Positions 9,486 to 19,113 of a stretch of 61,424 bases of DNA are shown here, in pieces. Each line of letters begins with the position of its first letter. Positions within the stretch are counted from its first letter, which is position 1. The stretch is taken from assembly GCA_003141525.1 (NCBI GenBank), contig PLML01000190.1:8165-69588 (forward strand), read 5' to 3'. A program made the position numbers and the translations under genes. Source of the DNA: Bacteroidales bacterium (GTDB lineage Bacteria; Bacteroidota; Bacteroidia; Bacteroidales; VadinHA17). The notes beneath the pieces were generated by a model. It saw only the letters and a program-made list of their open reading frames with translations. It was not told where the DNA came from and made no database searches.

Positions 9486-10478
9486 TTAAATAAGATTTCT
9501 AAAAATTGTATTTCTCGCTGTTATCTCAATTACAAGCATGAAAAAAGCAATTAATGCCGGCAACAAATATTTTTCTTCTTTCCTGCTGAATTGTTTAACA
9601 TCTATTTTTGACTTCTCAAGCTTGTCAATTTCTTTATAAATCTTCTCAAGTGAGTCATTATCAGTTGCCCTGAAATATTTTCCGCCTGTTGTCTGTGATA
9701 TCTCCTGAAGAATCCCTTCATCAATTTCCACAGGCATATCCTGGTATTGTATACCATAAGGCGTCTGAACAGGATACGGAGCCATACCCTGTGTACCAAC
9801 TCCGATTGTATATACTCTTATTCCAAAAGTTTTAGCAATACCTGCTGCAGTTGCAGGTGCAATTTCGCCCCTGTTGTTCACACCATCTGTCAATAGGATA
9901 ATCACTTTACTTTTTGAGGGAGAGTCTTTTATCCTGTTGACAGCAGTTGCAAGCCCCATTCCTATCGCAGTACCATCCTCAATCATTCCGCTTTGAATCT
10001 CGCGAAGCAGATTAATCAATACAGCATGATCGGTTGTCAATGGGCATTGTGTAAATGATTCCCCGCTGAAAACTACAAGACCGATCCTGTCGTAAGGTCT
10101 CCCTGAAATAAACTCAGTAGCAATATTTTTCGCTGCCTCAAGCCTGTCGGGTTTGAAATCGCGTGAAAGCATGCTTCCGGAAATGTCCTGAGTAAGCACA
10201 ATATCAATACCTTCAGTTGAAACATCCTGAAATTTATCTGTTATCTGGGGGCGAGCAAGTACAATTAATAAAAGAGTTATTGCAATGGTCCGAAGAGCGA
10301 AAAGAATATGCCTCAGATAGTGCCTGAAAGTGGTTTCTGCTTCAGCAAAAGACTGCAATCCGGGCATTCTCACTGATGCCGTCACTTTTTGCTGCTTCAG
10401 TATATAAAATGCAATCATTGCGGGTACTAATACCAGAAGATATAAAAAGAGTGGTTCGGCAAACGCTATTCTATTCAT
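9486..10478 (-). CDS. batA: VWA-domain membrane protein, BatA-like
   Basis: MIDAS motif TQDISGSM and ILLTDGVNNRG, with N- and C-terminal TMs. ATGA start/stop overlap with the upstream gene. Confidence 0.85.
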   Translation of the reverse strand: MNRIAFAEPLFLYLLVLVPAMIAFYILKQQKVTASVRMPGLQSFAEAETTFRHYLRHILFALRTIAITLLLIVLARPQITDKFQDVSTEGIDIVLTQDISGSMLSRDFKPDRLEAAKNIATEFISGRPYDRIGLVVFSGESFTQCPLTTDHAVLINLLREIQSGMIEDGTAIGMGLATAVNRIKDSPSKSKVIILLTDGVNNRGEIAPATAAGIAKTFGIRVYTIGVGTQGMAPYPVQTPYGIQYQDMPVEIDEGILQEISQTTGGKYFRATDNDSLEKIYKEIDKLEKSKIDVKQFSRKEEKYLLPALIAFFMLVIEITARNTIFRNLI

Positions 10479-11455
10479 ACATTACCCTCCTGCATGCCTA
10501 TCTCCTCTTCAATCGGATTAATAATCACTTCATTTTCCTTTGTTGCAAGCACAAAATTCCATGAATTCTGAAAGTGCGATTCATTCTCTGCCGGTACGGG
10601 GTTATATTTTGCAAATTTCACCAGGTCAGCACCTGTTAGCACGGATTTAAGATCATTATATGATCCGTTTTTCTTAAAGCCCGTTTTTACCAGAGCTTCA
10701 AGTGTCTCAGAAGTGGTCAGTTCAAGGGAGAACACACTGAATCGGTTCTCGAGATACTGACGTAGTATTTCAGTCAGCATTGTATAGTATTTTTTAGTTT
10801 CACCTTTCCTCCAGAGTTCTTCATTTTTAAGTCGCTCCAGTTCCCGGAAGGCTATAACATGAGCAGGTTCAGGAGGAATGTAAGTCTCTTTACCTGTTTC
10901 AGATTTCTTAAGCTTGCGTAAAAACCTGATCGCGACCCATATTATAACTCCGGCCAGGGTAATTAAAAGCACCCATGGAAGCACCTCGCCAACAGTTACT
11001 GGTGCTTTGTATGGTTTAATGATATCAAATATTTTTGCAGTAGTATCAGCAGGAGCAATTTTAACCCTCATTACCCTGAGCATGGAATAATCAGAATAAA
11101 ACCTTTTAACTCCACCCTCATTTTTAGCCTCTGCAAAAACAGGTCTGACCTGATAACGTCCTGAATCAAATGATGTTATCAGATATTTTTGTATAATTTT
11201 AATCCTCCCGTTCTGAATTGATGAGCTATCAACCCTCGGCCCTGAAATAATTTCAATATTTTTGCACAGAGTATCTTTGAAAATTGGAACTGTAAGCTTA
11301 AGGTCAGATGGTTTATCAATAGTAATTGTATACTTTATCTGATCACCTACATAAATCCTGGATGAATCAAATGAAGAAGTAATATTTACATTTTGCCCAA
11401 GTGAAAAAGAAATAATTGATGTAAAAAGAAATATAGAAATAATCGACTTCTTCAT
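10475..11455 (-). CDS. BatD-N-terminal-like membrane protein of the MoxR/Bat operon
   Basis: Signal peptide, a beta-rich ectodomain resembling the BatD N-terminus, one TM (VLPWVLLITLAGVIIWVAI) and a cytoplasmic tail. Conserved operon position between DUF58 and batA. Confidence 0.6.
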   Translation of the reverse strand: MKKSIISIFLFTSIISFSLGQNVNITSSFDSSRIYVGDQIKYTITIDKPSDLKLTVPIFKDTLCKNIEIISGPRVDSSSIQNGRIKIIQKYLITSFDSGRYQVRPVFAEAKNEGGVKRFYSDYSMLRVMRVKIAPADTTAKIFDIIKPYKAPVTVGEVLPWVLLITLAGVIIWVAIRFLRKLKKSETGKETYIPPEPAHVIAFRELERLKNEELWRKGETKKYYTMLTEILRQYLENRFSVFSLELTTSETLEALVKTGFKKNGSYNDLKSVLTGADLVKFAKYNPVPAENESHFQNSWNFVLATKENEVIINPIEEEIGMQEGNV

Positions 11456-11460
11456 AATTA

Positions 11461-12324
11461 TTATCTGTTCTCAAACAACTTTATAAGCGGATTAACATAA
11501 TCCATATCCGTTCTTAATTCCGCAGAATCCACTCCACATTTTTTAAAGATATTCTTAGTAATCTCAATATGACTGGTCCACCATTTTTCATAAGCTCTTC
11601 TGGTGGAACCAGAGGAGGTATCTATCCATTTATCTTCTCCTGTTTCCGAATCTGAAACTTTTACTAATCCGACGTCCGGTATGGCCTTTTCCAGAGGATC
11701 ATAAATTTTCAAGGCAACAATATCATGTTTGTTCGACGCAATTCTCAAGGCCTCTTCAAATTCAGGCACAATGAAATCGGATATTATGAATGCTGTACAT
11801 CTTTTTTTAATGGCGTTTGTAAGGAACCGCAATGGTTCATCCAGATTGGTTCTTTTGCTTTGCGAGGTAAAGTCAAGAAGCTCTCTGATTATCCTGAGAA
11901 TATGTTTACTTCCCTTGAGCGGGGGAATGAATTTTTCCACCTTATCGGAAAAGAAAATAACACCGATCTTATCATTATTATATATTGCTGAGAAAGAAAG
12001 AACAGCTGCTACTTCAGTCATAATATCTCTTTTATATCTGACCCTGGTACCGAAATTACCCGAGCCGCTTACATCAATAAGCAACATCACAGTGAGTTCC
12101 CTTTCTTCTTCAAAAACTTTGACATACGGATGGTTAAAACGGGCAGTCACATTCCAGTCAATGCTTCTTATGTCATCGCCATACTGATATTCCCTTACTT
12201 CGCTAAAAGCTATGCCACGTCCTTTAAAAGCACTATGGTACTCACCTGCAAATATATGCCGGCTTAATCCCCTGGTCTTAATTTCAATTCTCCTTACTTT
12301 CTTTAATAATTCAAGTGCTTCCAC
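11461..12324 (-). CDS. DUF58 family protein (MoxR-associated, VWA-like)
   Basis: Motif VREYQYGDDIRSIDWNVTAR is typical of DUF58. It sits adjacent to moxR. Confidence 0.85.
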   Translation of the reverse strand: MEALELLKKVRRIEIKTRGLSRHIFAGEYHSAFKGRGIAFSEVREYQYGDDIRSIDWNVTARFNHPYVKVFEEERELTVMLLIDVSGSGNFGTRVRYKRDIMTEVAAVLSFSAIYNNDKIGVIFFSDKVEKFIPPLKGSKHILRIIRELLDFTSQSKRTNLDEPLRFLTNAIKKRCTAFIISDFIVPEFEEALRIASNKHDIVALKIYDPLEKAIPDVGLVKVSDSETGEDKWIDTSSGSTRRAYEKWWTSHIEITKNIFKKCGVDSAELRTDMDYVNPLIKLFENR

Positions 12325-12335
12325 GTCAGAACAAA

Positions 12336-12740
12336 TTATTTTTCAGGTTCAATAGATATAACGCACGACCATTTATCTTCCATGATCTCAACAAGGTATT
12401 CTTTACCATCCCTTTTGTCTATCCACTTGTCCTCTCCCATTTTCAGATATTGAGAATCGAGTTCTTTCATCTTTTGAGATTTTATGTTGATATCGCAAAT
12501 TATTCGCACACTTCTGCAAACAGAATCAGGATTAAGAAAAAACAATACTGTCTCGTTCTCTGAATTATCAGAGTATTTCAGATAACTGAATTTGCTATTT
12601 ACGACGTTATTATAATTCATATCGAGTTGGTTCTCCTTCATGTATTTAAGGATTTCTTTTCCCTTATATCCGATAAGATTCTGACCGTGGGTGCAAATAC
12701 AGGTCAATATCAATGCTGCAGATAGTGTAATGATTTTCAT
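12336..12740 (-). CDS. Small secreted hypothetical protein inserted between moxR and DUF58
   Basis: The ORF track starts at 12770 and overlaps moxR. The internal ATG at 12740 gives a clean signal peptide, MKIITLSAALILTCICTHG, and no overlap. Confidence 0.5.
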   Translation of the reverse strand: MKIITLSAALILTCICTHGQNLIGYKGKEILKYMKENQLDMNYNNVVNSKFSYLKYSDNSENETVLFFLNPDSVCRSVRIICDINIKSQKMKELDSQYLKMGEDKWIDKRDGKEYLVEIMEDKWSCVISIEPEK

Positions 12741-12750
12741 ACAATATCTG

Positions 12751-13746
12751 CTAGGGGACTTCAACAACATTAAGAATTTCTGAGATTATATGATCCTGAT
12801 TAATATTCTCGGCTTCAGCTTCATATGTAAGGCCAATTCTATGACGCATTACATCATGACATATCGTTCTTATGTCTTCAGGAATAACGTACCCCCTTCT
12901 TTTAATGAATGCAAAAGCTTTTGCAGCTAGTGCAAGATTTATAGAAGCTCTTGGAGATGCTCCATATGAGATCATGTTTTTAAAGGCAGGAAGTCCGTAC
13001 TTTTCAGGATTCCGACTTGCAAAGACTATATTCAGAATATAATTTTCAATTTTCTCATCCATATAAACTTCCCTTACAATATTTCTGGCTCTTTTAATAT
13101 CACCGGGTTTCAGGACAGTATTTGTTTTAGGAAAATCCTTGGCCAGGTTTTCTCTGATGATAAGTTTCTCTTCATCCATTGCAGGATAATCAATCAGGAC
13201 TTTCATCATGAATCTGTCAATTTGTGCCTCAGGCAATGGATATGTTCCTTCCTGCTCAATAGGGTTTTGAGTAGCAAGAACCAGAAATGGTTCATCAAGT
13301 TTAAATGTATTCTCGCCGATCGTGATCTGTCTCTCCTGCATTGCTTCGAGAAGTGCACTCTGAACTTTTGCAGGAGACCTGTTGATCTCATCGGCAAGAA
13401 TAAAATTTGCGAAGACAGGTCCCTTTTTAACAATAAACTCCTCCTTCTTCTGACTGTAAATCATCGTACCAATAAGGTCTGCAGGGAGAAGATCGGGGGT
13501 AAATTGGATCCTGCTGAATTTTGCGTCAATTATCGATGCGAGCGATTTGATCGCAAGCGTTTTTGCAAGACCCGGAACTCCTTCGAGCAGAATATGGCCA
13601 TTTGCAAGCAGACCTATCATAAGGCTGTCGATGAGGTGCTTTTGCCCTATAATAACTTTGTTCATCTCCATACGGATAATGTCGACAAAGGAACTCTCCT
13701 TTTCTATTTTTTCATTTAAAATCCTGATGTCAGCAGTTTGCTCCAT
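12751..13746 (-). CDS. moxR: MoxR-family AAA+ ATPase
   Basis: Walker A GVPGLAKT, Walker B ILADEINR, and 331 aa typical of MoxR. First gene of the Bat operon. Confidence 0.95.
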   Translation of the reverse strand: MEQTADIRILNEKIEKESSFVDIIRMEMNKVIIGQKHLIDSLMIGLLANGHILLEGVPGLAKTLAIKSLASIIDAKFSRIQFTPDLLPADLIGTMIYSQKKEEFIVKKGPVFANFILADEINRSPAKVQSALLEAMQERQITIGENTFKLDEPFLVLATQNPIEQEGTYPLPEAQIDRFMMKVLIDYPAMDEEKLIIRENLAKDFPKTNTVLKPGDIKRARNIVREVYMDEKIENYILNIVFASRNPEKYGLPAFKNMISYGASPRASINLALAAKAFAFIKRRGYVIPEDIRTICHDVMRHRIGLTYEAEAENINQDHIISEILNVVEVP

Positions 13747-13960
13747 AGCTTAAAAATTTAAGTAGCAAATATAGTAATTTGAATATCATTAACTATACCT
13801 GATTTCATTTGGAAAAAAGGTACACAAAAGAAGTCCAGAATTATTTAACTTCTTGTTAATGATTGTTAAAAATTAGTTAAAGGTTGGTAAGTTAACTCAA
13901 CTGTTGACCAAATATTGCCCTTCACCCACTATGTATGCATTTTCAAAAATGACTTCATCC

Positions 13961-13997
13961 AAAAAAAATGGAGCACAACGACCAGCCATTGTGCCCC
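13961..13997 (-). terminator. Rho-independent terminator downstream of the TPR/PD40 gene
   Basis: The minus strand reads GGGGCACAA-TGGCTGGTCG-TTGTGCTCC followed by ATTTTTTTT: a 9-bp stem with one mismatch, a 10-nt loop and a T8 run. It lies 27 nt after the stop at 14024. Confidence 0.6.
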
Positions 13998-14060
13998 ATG
14001 AGAATGATTTTAATGTAGGTCATTTACTTCGGTAGGAAGTTCTCCAATACCCAGACCTCC
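13961..14060. repeat. Left copy of a ~100-nt direct repeat (terminator plus last ~12 codons of the PD40 gene)
   Basis: Colinear with 18986-19085. Shared blocks CACAACGACCAG, CATTGTGCCC, AGGAAGTTCTC and TACCCAG keep the same spacing. About 70-75% identity by hand alignment. Confidence 0.7.
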
Positions 14061-16051
14061 AGGTTTACCCCGACATCATCTATAACTACATGACGGCCAT
14101 CGGGAGAAATTTTCAGCGACCCTAATAATTGACCGGTAAAGTTCAGCCCCAGTGGTTCTGGTTCTCCGCCTTCAGCTGCGACACGCCACAGTTGCCATTG
14201 CCCGTCCTTACCTTTGACACCTTTAAAGAACACGACGTAGCGGCCGTCCGGCGTCCAGGATGCCGAACCCCAAAAGGGGATCTCCTTTTCGCCGTTAACT
14301 TTGATTAATTCTCTGGCCTCTCCCCCAGAGGACGGCCTGATAAGCAGCATCTGAGACTTGCCTTCCTCTATGGATTTGGCAATCAAAAGTTGCTTGCCAT
14401 CGGGTGACACTTTGCTCAGGTATATCCCTGAATCCTCGTTGACTGCTGTCTCCTTGCCAGACCGAAGATCGTAGGCTACAAGTTGTGATCTGCTCGAGTT
14501 TGAAGGATCAGGTCTGCGGTAGTAGATAATATTGCCATCCTGGGAAAATCCAAAGCTAGGCCAACCTCCTAAAGCCGGAAGCGGCATCAGAGGGATCACC
14601 AGCCCTGTGTGTATATCAATTCGTATCAGGTTATCCCCCTTCCCAGTTTTAGATGCCGGAACCACGACGGCTTTTCCGTCTGGTGTCCAGCTGAGGCCAC
14701 CCATTCCTATTATCCATCCCCCTGCACTAAGCTCTCGCTCCTCACCTGTATCCATTGAGCGGATGATCACAGCCTGACTTGGTTCGTTGGCATCAATTCC
14801 AGCGAGAAAATGTCCATCGGGAGACCAATCGGGACTCCCCATATTCCCGTGTTTGAATGCAGACTCAAGTGGTGTAACAACTTTACCACTGAACTTGTCG
14901 AGTTCGGCAATCTTAATACCACAAACATTATTGTTGACAGCATAATAAAAAGCTCCAAAGCGTGTTAAACCCATCGGTAAGAAGCCCCAGTCTTTCTTTA
15001 TAAACACTGGTTCACCTTTTGCCTTTCCTCCATCCACAGCGATCAGCCATGCGTCGGACGATCCAGATCGCATGCTTGAGAACATGACATACTTACCGTC
15101 AGGAGTCCATCCAAGGACACTATGGTTCGATTGGTCCGGTATGATTAGCGACTCAGTACCTGTCTTGAGTTCGAACAGCGAGATACCCTCCCTTGTCGAC
15201 CATGCAATGTATCGCCCGTTGGGTGAGAATTCCCCACCTGGAGAAAGATCTTTTCCTGTCGACTTCAACAACTTAGCTGAACCGTCAGCAACGGCTACCA
15301 GCATCATATCGCGGCTTCCGTCGGTCTTTATGAATTCCGCAAGTATTTGCCTACTGTCAGGCGACCATGCCAATGGAATATGGTGAAGTACTCCGTTTCC
15401 AGATGTATTCAGAACGCGTGGCTTTGACCCATCGATTCCTACAACGTAGAGGTCGAACGAACCATTAATGTCACAGGCATAAGCTATGTTCTTGCTGTCG
15501 GGCGAAGGAACAGAGGGTTCAATGTCCCTATACGGGTCGTGATTATCGGTTATCAGCCTGTTTTGGCCGGTAATGATATCGCGGATAGCTACGTCGCCTG
15601 TCTCCCAGTTAGTGAAAGATAAGAAACGGCCATCGGCGGACACTTTACCTGTCACATCCCCTCCTGACCAGATCTTCCTCATGGCCATGGTTGAGCTTCC
15701 CGACCCGCCAGTTGTACCCGCCATTGCCGCCAACTTTGTTTTCGCCAGGGCAACTATCTCGGTTTGATCGGGATAGGAATCGACCAGGCGCGTGAAATAC
15801 TCACTTGCTTTTTGTTTGCCCATTTTTTCGTTGACTAATCCCAAATGATACAGGGTTTTAGCAGCTACCGGACGGTCATACGGATAATTTTTCAGAATAT
15901 TAAGATAGAGTTCAATAGCCTTATCAAGGTTGCCTGTTACTTCTTCCTCATAAATTGCTGCTGTAAGCTGTACCGATGCCTTGTTGTCCTGAGCAGAAAG
16001 TGGACATGTCAGGAACACAAATGCAATAATCAGAAACAGATGTGTTTTCAT
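14024..16051 (-). CDS. Secreted TPR plus TolB-like/PD40 beta-propeller repeat protein
   Basis: Signal peptide, an N-terminal TPR-like segment, then many repeats of the ..SPDG..(I/L)A(F/Y).. type (WSPDSRQIL, FSPNGRYIAW, WTPDGKYVMF, WSPDGHFLA, VSPDGKQLL, WTPDGRYVVF, ISPDGRHVV). Sampled 60-nt lines give 48-58% G+C, against about 30-35% in neighbouring genes. Confidence 0.85.
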   Translation of the reverse strand: MKTHLFLIIAFVFLTCPLSAQDNKASVQLTAAIYEEEVTGNLDKAIELYLNILKNYPYDRPVAAKTLYHLGLVNEKMGKQKASEYFTRLVDSYPDQTEIVALAKTKLAAMAGTTGGSGSSTMAMRKIWSGGDVTGKVSADGRFLSFTNWETGDVAIRDIITGQNRLITDNHDPYRDIEPSVPSPDSKNIAYACDINGSFDLYVVGIDGSKPRVLNTSGNGVLHHIPLAWSPDSRQILAEFIKTDGSRDMMLVAVADGSAKLLKSTGKDLSPGGEFSPNGRYIAWSTREGISLFELKTGTESLIIPDQSNHSVLGWTPDGKYVMFSSMRSGSSDAWLIAVDGGKAKGEPVFIKKDWGFLPMGLTRFGAFYYAVNNNVCGIKIAELDKFSGKVVTPLESAFKHGNMGSPDWSPDGHFLAGIDANEPSQAVIIRSMDTGEERELSAGGWIIGMGGLSWTPDGKAVVVPASKTGKGDNLIRIDIHTGLVIPLMPLPALGGWPSFGFSQDGNIIYYRRPDPSNSSRSQLVAYDLRSGKETAVNEDSGIYLSKVSPDGKQLLIAKSIEEGKSQMLLIRPSSGGEARELIKVNGEKEIPFWGSASWTPDGRYVVFFKGVKGKDGQWQLWRVAAEGGEPEPLGLNFTGQLLGSLKISPDGRHVVIDDVGVNLEVWVLENFLPK

Positions 16052-16111
16052 GGTATGAATTATTTTTTGATAAAAGTACCATGTGCTTGTGTTAACCCTT
16101 TGAAGATCTGG

Positions 16112-16828
16112 TTAAGTTTGGTTAAGATTAGGTGAAGATTCATCTGAACTGAATTTATATCCCGCACCACGTATGCCGGTAATCCAGTGCGATTGATCCG
16201 GATCATCCTCAATCTTCTTCCGGAGGTTGGCAATATGGGTATCCACAGTTCTGGGTGTCACATAAACCTCATCACCCCAGACGCTGTGAAGAATATCATC
16301 TCTTTTAATTACTTTCCCGGCATGTTGCATCAGAAGCTTCATCAGGGCAAATTCAATAGTGGTAAGCTGAACCGGTTGGTTGTTTTTCGTAAACAGGTAT
16401 TTTGAAGGATCCAGCTCAAAGGGGCCTAGCCGGATTGTTGCCAAGGCAGTTTGATGGTTCCTGATCTCTGACCTGCGCAGCAGGGCTTTGACACGGGCAT
16501 GAAGCTCGAATGGACTAAATGGTTTTGTTATATAATCGTCTGCTCCTAGCTCAAGTCCGAGTACTTTGTCGAATTCCTGACTTTTGGCGGTCAGCATGAT
16601 TATTGGGGTTCCTATATCACGTCGCCGTAATTCCTTACAGATCTCCAACCCGTCCAATCCCGGCAGCATCAGATCGAGAATGATGATGTCGAGGTCCAGA
16701 TCCATCGCCTTTTCGAGTCCTTCCTGACCTGTGGCAGCTGAGTCAACCTGATAACCTTCAAATTTAAAATCATCCTCCAGGGCCATCCGGATATTCCGGG
16801 CATCTTCAATTATCAAAATCCTTTTCAT
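16112..16828 (-). CDS. OmpR-family response regulator (REC plus winged-helix)
   Basis: MKRILIIEDA..., DLDIIILDLMLPGLDG, and a C-terminal Trans_reg_C-like LTTIEFALMKLL...VDTHIANLRKKIE. I chose the ATG at 16828, 4 nt after the kinase stop, rather than the track start at 16861. Confidence 0.9.
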   Translation of the reverse strand: MKRILIIEDARNIRMALEDDFKFEGYQVDSAATGQEGLEKAMDLDLDIIILDLMLPGLDGLEICKELRRRDIGTPIIMLTAKSQEFDKVLGLELGADDYITKPFSPFELHARVKALLRRSEIRNHQTALATIRLGPFELDPSKYLFTKNNQPVQLTTIEFALMKLLMQHAGKVIKRDDILHSVWGDEVYVTPRTVDTHIANLRKKIEDDPDQSHWITGIRGAGYKFSSDESSPNLNQT

Positions 16829-16832
16829 TATT

Positions 16833-18887
16833 CTACATTTTATTAACAGGCAGATGTACACAAAAAGTGCTTCCTTCCCCGGGTTTACTTTCCAGAGTCA
16901 GGTGCCCCTGATGGGCCTCTATGATTTTTTTAACGATAGTCAGACCGATCCCGCTTCCCCTGATTCCCATTTGCTGTGGTTCATCGCAGCGATAGAACCT
17001 GTCGAATATTTTTTCCTGATCTTTACTTGAAATACCTATTCCGTAATCCTTTACGCAAAACAGCAATTCATCATCTTTTGAAAACAGGTGGACGTCAATT
17101 TGCCTGGACGTTCCGGAGAATTTAATTGCATTGTCAACCAGATTAAAAAATACCTGGAGAATAGCATTTTTGTCGGCCTTTATGACAGGTATATGATCAG
17201 AGCGATTATACCTTATGTTAAAACCGGATTCCGGAAGCCATTCCCGGGTCGATTCGAGAAACTTAAGGAGGAGTTCATTCATATCCAGATCGGTAAAATC
17301 GTACTTCTTACGATCATCGTCAATCCTCGAGAAATCAAGAATATTATCAATCAAATGACTGAGGTGTTCGCTTTCTTCGAGCATTGCTGAGTAATATGCT
17401 GATTTGCGTTCTTCAGCCTGAACCCGGTTGTGCTGCAGCATTTCAGTCATCATGCGGATGGAAGTGAGCGGACTTTTAAGTTCATGCGATACATTGGAAA
17501 TGAATTCCGATTTCAGTTTATTCAGCCTGAGTTCTATGTTGAGAGTGTACATAATAAAAACGAAGCCAAGTACCATGAGGAGTGCGATCAGAATAAAAAT
17601 AAAAAGATATATGCCGCTTCCTTCTTTTAATAATGTTGCTATGAATCCGGGGTTAACTTCACTTAGCACCAATTTCCAATTGAGAAGATTTTCGGGAAAC
17701 GGGAAAGAAAGATAACCGGTTCCTTCTTTAATAACTCTGGAAAAAACAGTTCTTCCGTTGTTATCTTCAATCTTTATGTTTATCGAAGAATCTGGATCGA
17801 ATTCTTGGATCAGCTTTTTTGAAATAGATTTCAGATAAACCGGGAAATCAATTACTATGCCGATTTGTACACTATTGTTTTTCCTCCATGATAAAAACAA
17901 AGCTGCAACCTCAGCTGAATTAATCGGGATACTCGATAGTCCATTCTTGCCGCTATTAAAATGATTATTGACGTTGGTTGCCATCAGATCAGGCCCCCTT
18001 AGTATGCGGATGAGGTAATCAGTTCTGGCTTTTTGAGTACTAAGCTCAGCGAACAGGGAATCAATCACGGGATCTGTTTGCTTGATTATATCTTTTAAAG
18101 ATTGGTAAAACAGGTCAAATTGATCATCGTCATATTCACAGGGAGGATGAAATAAGAGCTCCAGACATTGCAGTAAATTATTCCTGAATTCATCCTTTTC
18201 TCCATTGACCTGGTTGATCTTAAGAATTTCCAGGCCGGCAATCAGTCCAACCGGTATCTGTCCGTTCAGAAGGTTTCCCTGGTAATCTTTCCGGAGATCA
18301 ACATACAGAGCTTTAGCCCGGTCAGGCTGGTTCAACTTGTTATACAACCGGGCCGAAGCCACCAGTGCCTGGATTTTTTCTGCCAGGTAGGTCGATTTGA
18401 GTGCCATATCCTGATAAAACCTGAGCGCGTCTGAAAACCTGTGCCCGATGAACTCCAGCCGGAGACCTTCATTCAGGTTGGCCGAAGGGCTTAACTGTTC
18501 GGGTTGGACGGTAAACAGTTCTGAAGGTAGATAAAGCAGTTTCTGGATTATGATTTTTTTTGAATCATTAGTGTCTTTGACAAACAATACAAGCAATGAA
18601 GGATCAACTTTTTTGCACCGAAACAGTATTGAGTCAGTGGTCTGTTCTTTCATGAACTGTACAACGCTTGAATCAATTGCAGTAAAAAAAACCTGACTGT
18701 TCATTTCAAGCTTCCTTCGGTTCTCCTTCTCACGCAGAGCCTGGTCGTTACGTATGCCCCTGTAGGCCATATAGCCAAGTATAATGCCAGGAAGCACAAC
18801 AGCCAGGATATAATATAGTATGATCTTTTGTTTGCGTGATCCGGTATTTGTGGGTTTCATGAGTGCCGCATAGCGAATTATTATCAA
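16833..18887 (-). CDS. Membrane sensor histidine kinase with a large extracytoplasmic sensor region
   Basis: H-box FISNVSHELKSPLTSI, N-box FNLVDNAIKFS, G-boxes DYGIGIS and GSGIGLTIVKKI. Two TMs flank a ~390-aa region. The exact start is uncertain (18887 or 18860). Confidence 0.9.
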   Translation of the reverse strand: MIIIRYAALMKPTNTGSRKQKIILYYILAVVLPGIILGYMAYRGIRNDQALREKENRRKLEMNSQVFFTAIDSSVVQFMKEQTTDSILFRCKKVDPSLLVLFVKDTNDSKKIIIQKLLYLPSELFTVQPEQLSPSANLNEGLRLEFIGHRFSDALRFYQDMALKSTYLAEKIQALVASARLYNKLNQPDRAKALYVDLRKDYQGNLLNGQIPVGLIAGLEILKINQVNGEKDEFRNNLLQCLELLFHPPCEYDDDQFDLFYQSLKDIIKQTDPVIDSLFAELSTQKARTDYLIRILRGPDLMATNVNNHFNSGKNGLSSIPINSAEVAALFLSWRKNNSVQIGIVIDFPVYLKSISKKLIQEFDPDSSINIKIEDNNGRTVFSRVIKEGTGYLSFPFPENLLNWKLVLSEVNPGFIATLLKEGSGIYLFIFILIALLMVLGFVFIMYTLNIELRLNKLKSEFISNVSHELKSPLTSIRMMTEMLQHNRVQAEERKSAYYSAMLEESEHLSHLIDNILDFSRIDDDRKKYDFTDLDMNELLLKFLESTREWLPESGFNIRYNRSDHIPVIKADKNAILQVFFNLVDNAIKFSGTSRQIDVHLFSKDDELLFCVKDYGIGISSKDQEKIFDRFYRCDEPQQMGIRGSGIGLTIVKKIIEAHQGHLTLESKPGEGSTFCVHLPVNKM

Positions 18888-18985
18888 ATATTTGAAAAAT
18901 CAAGCAGTTACACGTTAAGAATTGAAGAAATTCTGTTAAGAATTGAACAAGGTTGTTGGATCGGGCAAACATCCGTCTTAACAAT

Positions 18986-19085
18986 AAAAAAAAACACAAC
19001 GACCAGGCATTGTGCCCTCTGATTATACTTTTATTATGAGTCTTTTATTTCGAGAGGAAGTTCTCAGTTACCCAGAGCTCGTAAT
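18986..19085. repeat. Right copy of the ~100-nt direct repeat, holding a degenerate terminator and a gene-tail relic (..YELWVTENFLSK-stop)
   Basis: Aligns with 13961-14060. The relic stop codon at 19045-19047 corresponds to the true stop at 14024-14026. The stem is reduced to CACAA/TTGTG with an A9 run at 18986-18994. Confidence 0.7.
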
Positions 19086-19113
19086 TATTCAGGCTTTGTA
19101 TGAAAATCATGCG

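Noticed and set aside
18748-18999. 83-aa minus-strand ORF spanning the kinase start and the right direct repeat
   Set aside because: It overlaps the 5' end of the histidine kinase in another frame and runs through the degenerate terminator. Its Cys/Leu/Phe-rich sequence does not look protein-like.
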